64,000 nucleotides of DNA from Sporopachydermia quercuum (lineage: Eukaryota), in contig BCGN01000007.1 in NCBI GenBank assembly GCA_001599295.1, positions 1,229,791 to 1,293,790 of the forward strand. The letters are read 5' to 3'. Each line of letters starts with the position of its first letter. Position 1 is the first letter of the stretch. Below, one piece after another: positions 12,682 to 23,198 of the stretch. The notes beneath the pieces are model-generated. The model made no database searches. It saw only the letters and a program-made list of their open reading frames with translations, and was not told the DNA's origin. Both the position numbers and the translations under genes were made by a program.

Positions 12682-13332
12682 TCAAACGCACTGTTTGAAA
12701 ATGGATTTTAACCAGTCCCTAAATACTGATAAGGAACTTCTCCTTTCCTCTTGTCCAAACTCTTTCTCATTAGGGGGACTCGGAAATCTACGGTCATCAT
12801 CATTATCCAATTCTCTAAAAGGAAAGTTAGTTTTTGCTATTATTATCGACTATGTTCTGAAAATCTTAATGCCATCAAAAATTTCACAAAATTCCACATA
12901 CCTTGACGTTCTTGATCTGTGGCTCACATGGGAAGTCGTTCTCCCAAGAGAAGCCAATGACGATGCTTTCACCAAACCTGTTTTAGTTTCCATCGTATAT
13001 TCTTCAGGGAAAATCAGCTGCCCAACTGACGAAGGACAGTTGAGGTCTTGTGATGGCTTTTTTCCCAGACCTAGCTCCATGAGAGACTCTCTTGTTTCTG
13101 TTTCTTCTAATGGCTCCAGTGTCGTTCCACTTTTTATGGAATTTCTTCTTGATTTGGTGGACAGCTGATCCGAGTAACTACTCAGTATGGATTCAGTGTC
13201 TTTCAGATATATTGGTTCAGCATTTTGCTGTTTTGTTTCATCGTCTAGAAAGAAAGGCTCCGGTTCTACAGCATCCTCTTCACCAACAAGAACACTGTCT
13301 ATACTATTTGTTCTCTCATATCTTGGGGGCAT
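12682..13332 (-). CDS. Small soluble YGR126W-like protein; exons 13332-12902 and 12814-12682 (187 aa)
   Basis: SIDS..EPEPF, ETRESLMELGL and FPEEYTMETKTGLVK motifs as recalled for S. cerevisiae Ygr126w. Intron GTATGT 12901..AACTAAC..TAG 12815. Lies in tandem upstream of the YGR127W-like gene. Confidence 0.75.
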
Positions 13333-16300
13333 TATAAGTATTTATGTATATATATATTGATAATGCAGCGCGTAAGTTTCCTAGAAGTTTATGGTATGAG
13401 GCCTTTCCTAATTTTAGATGCCTTTTTTAGTTGAGGAGCACTTACTATGTGTTTTGCAGAGGTATTTGAATCACTTCTTATACCTAACTCCTGGCCTTCA
13501 AACGAATGAGTATATTATTGTTCGTGTAGTTGAACTAACTAAAGTTGTCTATCAGGTGAACACTTTATATTGTTTTTCGCCTTCTGTTAATATTATTGCG
13601 TTGCTATAAGCGTTTCTTTTGATATCTAGTGTGTTGATATATAACTCTCTCTTAATATCTTGAGGTAATTTTGTCACAATTGTGTAGTATATAGCTTATT
13701 CTCAGTTTGTATTGCTTAACAGATATCGACATCAATTTTTCTATATACCTATTTCGTGATACAGCAACTAGATGTTCTTCTGCTAAATATAAATACTTGT
13801 CGAGGCATATCTATAACAGTTATCTCTAATTATGCTCAATATCTGTCACAGTATTTCACGTAGAGATCATCACCGATCTGAAAGATGATCGTGTCCCTTT
13901 TTTGACAATTCAGGACAAACAAACTGAATTGCAGTCTAATAAGTCACGGTTTTCATCTCATTATTGTTTTGTTGGTCAGGTTTGCTTAAAGTTCAGGATG
14001 CAAATTACTGGATTGGCATATAAGGTTCCAATAACTAAATGTTGAATTGTAACATTCAAACTTAATTTTGATGATAACGTTATTAGCCAAGTCTCATTTA
14101 TAGTGTTAATAACCAAAAGCGATGATCATTGTCTATTCACTACAATTGAGAGGTTGCGAGTTCATTTCGACAAAAGTAGAACGAGTAAAAACTGAACCAA
14201 CCTTAAGAAGCCATTCTAATCAGGGATATAGCTATTGCTACTATTCATCAGAGTGTCCGCGGAGGTTAAGATGTTGAGTAAATTAAAGTTTTCTAAGGCT
14301 CTGAAATGGAAAGGAACCCATTAGGTCAAAGAGACTCCTTGCAACAAAAAATGATCAACGTTTCAAAACTATAAGATCTAAAAGTCTTCTTGTTACCCTA
14401 CGACACCGTGATATCGGAGCTTTGTTTTGTTAAATTCAGTTAAGATATCTCTGACTGACGAATTGTTTTCCTGAATATTTATATTCCTATTCAAACTAGA
14501 AAAAGCCTCAGGTGTCTCTATATTATCATTTTATTACAGCTTAATTGAAAACTTTTGATTTAACTTCAGATTTTCGAAGATTATAACTAAGTTAGATTTC
14601 TTCATTAGAGTCTTCTATCACTTTCTCGTTTTTGTGGGAAAGTGAGTGTTAGGAAAAATCGGGTTAAAAGATTCCCTAGTCTCTCATGATTTTCAACTTT
14701 CAACTAAAATTAAAATATAGTTAAAGTTTAACGCTCAGAGTTAAAGTTAATTTAAGTTCAATCTTGTTTTTATGGGATTAAGCTGAGAATAGTTATATTT
14801 GATTGACGATTCACTTAAAACATTCCAAGTGAACATGAATTTAAAAAACCGTGAATTTATCACCATATTCTTCCGGGATAATTTGTTCAATGTTCAGTAT
14901 TTACGACATCCGGGAATTCTCTGCAGATTTCTCAATCTGACAATAGAATGAGTAAAAGGCATCATATTTGTCATTACCGTGCAATAGGATTTTTACACTA
15001 CTCGTCTATATTACTTTATTCACTTGGGAGCCTCTGTTTTCAATGCAGAAACGCTAAAAACCCGGGAACCTACATTGGAATTGGTCTCTACTATTAAAGG
15101 ACAGAAGGACAGAACGTAATAGTGGATTACTTGAGACACTTGAGTTGTTTTCTGAAATTATAGATGACTTTGTCAGGAGCACCCCAAGATACTGTTGTTT
15201 TCCTTCTCTGCCCTCCTTGATCATCAAGCCAAATAATGGAATGGTTTTCAAGTAGATTAAATGCAAATAGCATAGTTCATCTCCTTTTAACCAGTGTTTA
15301 TCTCCAGTTCAAAGTTCAACGAAGAAAGTCTTCTAAGAAGATGAAATAGAAGCAGCTTCAAAAAGAACAAGGAATCTACTTTCATTCTCACATCAAACAA
15401 CCATTTGCTTATTGTGCTTCTATGAAAACATATTTTCACTATTTCTATGAATATTTATGAATATACTACTAATTGTTTTGATCTATTAGTTATCTTTAGT
15501 TCATGGATTGGCATGAAGATTGTTCGTAATAGCTTGCCTCCAGTTTTTCAGGAAGACTTTCCTATTTCAGGAAAGTTCCATTAAGAATTGAGTTCGGAAC
15601 GCTTAAGATTCCTTAGAAACGCTATCTGAATAAACTTTGGTCATATATGGTCTTTTAGTGATTTTGATTAGTCGTAAATGTCAACCTTAATCGCAGACAT
15701 GATTCGCTTTTGAAATGAAACGATTTCTAAGACATATGGGTGGTACAACTATGGACTACAACTTTTGTCGTCTTCCATCAATAAACCGACATACAATAAG
15801 ACACGACAGTAATGCTCTCACATAAAAATGTAGATACTCCTGAAAAATGAATTGAAACAGATTTGTGGATAATTGGAGAGCTGCCAATTAACTTCACACC
15901 TCCAATCTATTGAATCCGTTTCCATATTTACTTGAGAATATAAACCTCTGATAAAACACAGGAAATGATTTTATTGGGAACCTGTATGGTATCAGAAAAC
16001 TATACTTTCTTGTAATAAGAAGCATACCTGAAGCATGAGATTACGGAAAGGTTTCTTGATCACTTTCCAGTTTCATCCAATTTGATTCTACTGAAGTGAA
16101 ACGAAGGGGAACGGTTCATAATCATGACGTTAAGGTCCTGTGAGCTTTGTTTCAAACTTAACTTTTCAGTTCACTTTTCCATACTTAACTTTGACACGCG
16201 TCCTCCATTACAACAATATGCAAAAGAACCTTCTCTTGCATAAGCCTAGAACAATTCTCTATAGCCAGCCAATCCTGCGTCTTGGGTCATGTTCACTCAG

Positions 16301-17648
16301 TATCTCCTGCATCTTTTTCTCAAACAATAGAAAGAAAAAGAAATGAGGAATCGAACATGATATAACCATTTTACAAGGCAATCAAGAGTGGGGTTTTACA
16401 TTGAGGACATGTGCAATTTACTGTTTTAGAGTAACGTTCTTTCCTGAACAACAAAAACAACACCTCTGTTTACAACTGTAGCATGTTTCAGCCAAATAGC
16501 TGTTTCGAGTAAATGGATACCCAATGATCAGATTCCCACCTGTTAATGTTTTCTCTTTGCTAATGACAATAAAAGTAAGAGCTTTTTCTCTTAACCATAT
16601 AATTATACTATTTCAATACCACATAACTTGGTCACATCAGTCTTCCTTCTATTGAGAGCTCTCAATGATGTTCCATGTTCATGAACTTATTATATCAAAG
16701 TACCAAAGTGCGAAAGACGGAGCGGACCCAAAACGGAGGAAATTCATACTTCTTACGTCTAAGGTGTTCAAAAAAGATTTCATAATTGCAGAATAATAAC
16801 AACAGTAATAGTAATTGGCAATTGAAACATCAATTACAACCACTCTCGTATTGTTCTTCCTTTTATCATTCGGCTAAGTAAGTTTATCTATCGAACTATG
16901 TGGATGTGGATATCTGAGTTTTCATTCCCTAAACTGAGAAGGAGCTAGCGAAGAAGTTTTTTTTCAGAATAGAACAGAAACAGAGTAGGCATAAAAAAAT
17001 GAGTTATTGGGGTCTGCTGTGTCTTAGCCACAAAGATGGTGAGGTAACTTTTTTACTGATTCATGGATACTGAATTAATATACTCAAAGCTATTTATTCT
17101 CCCTCTTAGTCCCTGAAAAACATTTTGAAGTAACCAAATCCCTTAGATTCAAGTTCCTTACTCATGAGAGATTCTTTTCTGCACTTGTTTCAGAGCCCAA
17201 ACATAGAACCCAACCCATGGAATATCTCATATCCACGGTATGAACGCTGTAATTAACCGCTTCTTCAGTAGAGTTCGATTCCCCAATTAACAATATTTGT
17301 CCAAGTCATGTGAATANGTGGTCGTGTCCCATTACAGATATAGTGATTCAAGAAATAGTTAAGTAGATGGTTGGAGTATCGTGAAAGTCATGTTAGGTCG
17401 CAGGCCAACAACAATATTCTGTATAGTAAGTAAACAAACAAACAATCAATTGAAGTATTCACAAATATCTATAGATTATTGATTCTGCGAGGATTAATCA
17501 AAAGCCAAACAGGTTTGACGCACATTTCAGTTGTTGCAGATTGAAAGCTGTCTAAAGATTGGATTTGAACAAGATTCAACTGTGTTGGTGTTTTTTTGTT
17601 CTTTGGTCTTTTGATCTGGTAGGCTATCTCAAACGAACGTTGGAATTC

Positions 17649-19810
17649 ATGATGGTTGGCGGACCTTTATTTTTTTCGGCAGACGAGTCCGAACATAGAT
17701 ATTATTTTAAGTTTGCATCTGATAGTTCTACTCCAATATTGGTAATTGACAGATATGGTCCCTCATTTCTTCCAAGCGGTAAGTATCTCGAAGTTACACG
17801 AGACGTGATGTGCATATTTACACTTTTAGGAATCATCTAACAGAGATACCAAGACTCTTTTCCTTCTAGGGATTTACATTCTATCAGTGGCATCCTAGGT
17901 ATTATAACATTAAGAGCTGGAAAATATGTTATTATAGCTACAAAGTCTCAAGAAGTCGGTGACTTACTTGGTTCGTCTATCCATAAAGTAANAGGTTTTG
18001 ATATTTTACCTTTACAAAAGAAGGTGACCTCTGCTCTTGATGAGATTGAGGACGACTATTTGAGCTTGTTGAGAAATCACATAAAATCAGCACCTTTGTA
18101 TTTCTCTTACACTTATGATTTGACAAACTCATTACAAAAGTCGGCAAAGAATGAAGGAGTAAGTGAATTGTGCCTTGTTGATAGTAGAACTTTATTGAAA
18201 CCATAGCATGCCATGATTATCTTGATTGAATTGCGGTTACTAACATAATAATCATGCTATAGTCTGACGACCAATTTATTTGGAACTCATATATTCTCCA
18301 AGACATAGCCGGTTTGACAGATAAACCAAACTCTTTTGTTTTCCCAGTTATCTTTGGATGTAAGTCATTTTATGGCTAAGCATATGAACCTTTCTTTTGT
18401 ATATTCAAATTACTAACCAACATTTAACTATTAAGACGTGAATGTTGCCTCATTGACAATTAATGGCACAAGCATCAGTTTTGCTTTAATAACAAGAAGA
18501 AGCAGATACAGAGCAGGAACACGTTATTTCAGACGTGGTATTGATATCGAAGGACATGTTGCTAATTTCAATGAGACGGAACAAATTTTGGTTATAAATG
18601 ATCAGAAGTCTGGTAATTGGCAAAAGGTCTACAGTTATGTGCAAATCAGAGGCAGTGTTCCTGTTTTCTGGGCTGAGATTAATAATTTAAAGTACAAACC
18701 AATGTTAAGAATTGCTGAGCCAAATGTAAGTTATCATTCATCAATTGTCTCGCGTCTTTATCTATGAATAATCATATTAACTGACCAAATAAGATTGAAC
18801 CAGCTAGAAAACATTTCGATGAAACCGGAATGGAATTTGAAAAGATATATCTTGTTAATTTAGTGAATCAGAAAGGTTACGAACTACCAGTTAAGCAGGC
18901 ATATGAAGACCTAGTAACATCCCTTAACACCTCATTGGTGGACTATACTTACTTTGACTTTCATCATGAATGTCGTAGGATGAGATGGGATCGAGTGGAG
19001 CTGCTGATCAATCACTTGAAAGAAAGAAATTTGAGGCTCGATGACTGCTTTGTCATCGAGAATGACAGCACACCAAAAGTACTTGCTAAGCAACACTCTA
19101 TTGTTCGAACAAATTGCATGGATTGCTTAGATCGTACTAATGTTGTTCAAAGTATGATTGGGCGCAAAGTCCTACAAGCTCAATTGGAAAACAGTGGTGT
19201 AATTTCTCCCAATGAAAACTGGTCAAACAATAAAACGTTTGAGTTTCTTTTCCGACAATTTTGGGCTGACAATGCAAACGCTGTATCAGTGGCATATTCT
19301 GGTACAGGTGCTTTGAAAACTGATTTTACTCGAACTGGTAAGCGCACGAAGTTTGGAGCTTTCATGGATTTCGTAAACTCTACTTCTCGTTATATTAGGA
19401 ACAATTTCTACGACGGATCAAGACAAGATGGATTTGACTTATTTTTGGGTAATCATCTTCCTTTCGAGACTTTGGAGTCTCCTTTTATTGATAGAAGACC
19501 GATACTTACCCAGTCGATCCCATACTTATTGATTGGAAGTTTGATTTTGATTTTGTCGTTGGTTTTGTTCCCCAAGCCTACCAATCCTCCTTTGGCAAAT
19601 CTTTCACTGTTATTACTCTGTTTACTAGTATTGGCCTACAGTTTGAACTTTTTGTTGAAAGATGGCATTCAGTTTGTAGATTGGCCAAAATTAATACCTT
19701 TAGACTTCTTGACTGAACGTGAAATTATCGATAACGGCAAAACGAGAGGTGTCGTTTTCAAAGAATCTCCCCAATTTGAATATGTTCATGATAAATCTAG
19801 ATTAGAATGA
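17649..19810 (+). CDS. SAC1: Phosphoinositide phosphatase Sac1; exons 17649-17778, 17854-18158, 18263-18359, 18436-18725, 18794-19810 (612 aa)
   Basis: YFSYTYDLTNSLQ, LITRRSRYRAGTRYFRRG, catalytic RTNCMDCLDRTN (CX5R), two C-terminal TM helices; four GTAAGT introns give one continuous frame. Confidence 0.95.
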
Positions 19811-19946
19811 ATGATATGCATAGAATTGTGTTTTGATTGCCGAGTAATAGGAAATATATTAATAGATGAAGTTTACCTCTATAGATACAAAAATGATTCT
19901 GGCAACCTTGATAGAAGTAGTTGATCATTTACAAACTAGTGCCTAC

Positions 19947-21565
19947 TTACTGATTCCCTAGTAATTCCTTAACTAATTTTTTTGTATCGTCAGCTCTCAT
20001 CAATGACTCACCGACCAAAAATGTTCTGACCCCTTCAGACAAATACTTCTGAACATCCTTATTACCAGAAATACCACTCAGAGCAGCAAGAACAGTTCCT
20101 TCTGGGACCATGGCAACCAAACGACTGGTTGTGTCCAAATCTACATCAAAAGTGTGAAGATTTCTATTGTTTACTCCAATTACTTTGGCACCCAGTTCAA
20201 TTGCACGTTTCATTTCATCGCTTGAATTGACTTCTACCAAAGGTTCCATACCAAGATCCCTTGAATAATTGAAAAGCCGTCTGAGCAAGGAGTCATTTAG
20301 CATTTTTACAATCAATAATACTGAATCTGCACCTCCTACACGGGCTTCTAAGATTTGATACTCATCATGAATGAATTCTTTTCTTAGCACTGCCGGACGT
20401 GTTTCGGGTGAGAACTTCAAATCAAGGGCCTTTCGAACAGTCTTGAGATCATCCATACATCCTTTGAACCACTTGGGTTCTGTCAAAACAGAGATTGCGC
20501 TGGCCCCTGCTTCCGCATAAGTTAATGCTTGTTTAGGAATGTTCACTTGGAGATCAATTGGCCCTTTGGATGGCGAAGCTCTTTTGATCTCTGCCAGAAG
20601 GGCTGGTGCGGGGGCTGTTCTAGATAGCCTTGAATGCAGATTAATGACTGGCGGTGCCAATCCAATGTCGTAAGCATTCTGTAGATCAGATCTTGTTTGT
20701 CCAGGTATTGATTTTCTTATTGTGAGTTGCTGCTTACTGTAATTATAAATTGTATCAAGAATAGACTCTTTCTTAGCTACAGAATCCTGTCGAGTTGACT
20801 TGTTAAGCTCTGAATCTTGCCATTCTCCACCAGACAATCTGAGGATGTTGCGCACCATCAAACGTCCTTCTTCCGTTAATATGCTTTCAGGATGAAATTG
20901 TACTCCTTCAACAACATATTTCTTATGACGGACACCCATTATTACACCAGAGTCTGTAGTAGCTGTCACTTCCAAGCACTCAGGCAAAGAACTGATAGTT
21001 CCTGCAAGCGAATGGTATCTCGTAACAGCGACCCCTTGAGGTACGTCTAAGAACAGCCCTTTACCATCGTGTGTAACAGTGGATGTCTTCCCATGAACAA
21101 TCTCCCCAGCGTATGACACCTCACCCCCAAAAACTGAAAAAATACACTGTCTTTTATCATAAAGCAAGTTAATATATAGTGAAACAAATAAGTAAAGCAA
21201 TGTGCTGAATAGATACATACTCTCCCATACAAATACCAACAACCGGGATTTTGCCAGCAAAAAAGGTAATAACGTCTTTTGATACTCCAGAATCAGTTAA
21301 AGGGTGTCCCGGACCAGGGGAAATGACAATAACTTCTGGCTGAAGATCTTCGATTTCTTTCAGAGTAACTTTGTCATTTCGGAAAACCAGTACATCGGCT
21401 CCCTCACGGCAAAGGTATTCATATAAATTCCTTGAAAATATTAGCATTTACTCTTGAATAACAATGAAAATTCGTTGAGTGCAATCGTTTACTCCATGAT
21501 TCAACATACCAAGTAAAAGAGTCATAGTTGTCAATCATGACAACCCTCCGTATGTTCCCAGTCAT
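19947..21565 (-). CDS. TRP3: Bifunctional anthranilate synthase component II / indole-3-glycerol-phosphate synthase; exons 21565-21510, 21430-21221, 21150-19947 (489 aa)
   Basis: [26 protein letters not shown] and GVQFHPES (glutamine amidotransferase); [20 protein letters not shown] and GVNNRNL (IGPS); no TrpF domain. Confidence 0.96.
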
Positions 21566-21890
21566 AATGAAAGGAAATTAGTATCAGTGCTCCTTAGAGT
21601 CTTGGCAGCTGCCTTGAATTGAGGAGTGATAAGTCTGAAGTACCAACTAAGTGTTAAAAAGACTCTGGAGTCGACGGCTCTTTGGTTTAGCCAGTGATGG
21701 ACCAGATGCTTAGTATTTCATAACTGTCTGTTGTCTCGTTTCAATTTTTGATAGTACAGTATGATTTTACCATTTGAGTAATCTCAATCTAGTAATAGTT
21801 GTAAAATGAGTTTCTTCAGTATTCACGTTACCCGGATTCAAAGTGGAAGAAGATCAAGATGCTTGACATTGTATAAAAGTGTCCGAACTC

Positions 21891-21903
21891 AGTCACGTGA
21901 CTC
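21891..21903. promoter_or_regulatory. Palindromic E-box AGTCACGTGACT (Cbf1-type) overlapping TGACTC (Gcn4-type) in the TRP3/MPS1 divergent promoter
   Basis: Perfect 12-bp palindrome about 330 bp upstream of the TRP3 ATG. Confidence 0.5.
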
Positions 21904-23198
21904 GGAGGACTAACTATATTCAGAAGTGTCCAGAAGACAGAATTTTCCTAGTATTCTCTAGAATCTTGTTCAAGAGCCATACAGATTCTTCTTTGCGACA
22001 ACTGCGACAACATAGATGAAGTAATAAGCATTGATTGTCGGCCTGTGCACATATGAATTGCTGGACTCATATCTCAACAATCCTGAGAAATGACACTTTT
22101 GGCCAAAGTTTAAGGAACGGACTTACTTTGGTCTTATGAACGATCTGCATGATATGATGTCTTAGTCTCATGGTCTATGTATACATCTTGCTATTACACA
22201 AAATAGTTAAAAATAGCTGAAAATAGGTTAATAGATACATAGTTTTATAACCAATTTTAAGGATTATTCCATTGTAAGCATCATTGTTCTGAAGTAGATG
22301 AAACATTCATCAAGTCATTCTTGGCTCTTATCGATGAGCATCTATCTGACAGAAATAATCAAAATCGGATCTAAAGTTCGTAGCTGCAGAAAACATGCAT
22401 ATTATTAAACATTAATGATGGTCCAAGACTCCTCAAAAAAAAAAAAATAGTGTATGTATTATCGCTCATATAATGTTTGTCCCAAATCATACCCTCAAAA
22501 CATGAGCAACTCAGCACAAAGTTTACTTACTTTTGCATTTGTTTACCTTTTTCCATGTCCTGTTTATCACGCAGTAGGGCAACGATAAGACTGCTGTCAA
22601 CACCAACTGGGCGGGGAATTGCTTGTTATTGACTCAATTGTTTATGAGGATCATTTAGAAGCGCAACTTTCAGTGGTTCAAAGGATAACAGGACAAATAC
22701 CGGTTGGTTGTTTGCGAGTTTCATTATCCTTTGATTGATTTGATCTGTTAGTGATTCTATTGAACTATATGCTGACTAAATACATAAACTGAATTTTGTA
22801 ATACAGCTGGCGAAATTATTTTGTAATTGGTTAGTTGACTGTCAGTGTATATGATAACATTGCATGTTGATAGGTTCTACCTGGTGCTTGTTGTACAGGA
22901 TAGGCAAAATACTCGGTGCATGATTTGAGACAACAACAAATAAGTAATCAAACAATCAAATAACTAGATAAAAAAAATCAGCATTCACGAACAGGATAAT
23001 ACTTAGAAGAGAATAGAGAACAAGAATCTTATTACTTAGGTGTTTATCAATTTATTGTTTACATCATCTTCGAAAGCACCTTGAATATTATGTCAACAGA
23101 TCAAATTCCTTATTTCACAACGATATCACAAGAAGGTTAGGCTTCCAATAATTGAACGCTCAGAATAAATTGGTATTATATTATGATCACCATTATCG

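Noticed and set aside
13681..13690. GTGTAGTA resembling the U2 snRNA branch-pairing sequence
   Set aside because: Flanks do not match the conserved U2 5' region.
17559..18830. Fragmented ORFs suggesting pseudogenes (also SYF2, CTNNBL1, TRP3, TANGO2-like)
   Set aside because: Every break is explained by a spliceosomal intron that restores the frame.
21891..21902. GTCACGTG as CDEI of a point centromere
   Set aside because: No very AT-rich CDEII or CDEIII follows, and point centromeres are a Saccharomycetaceae feature.
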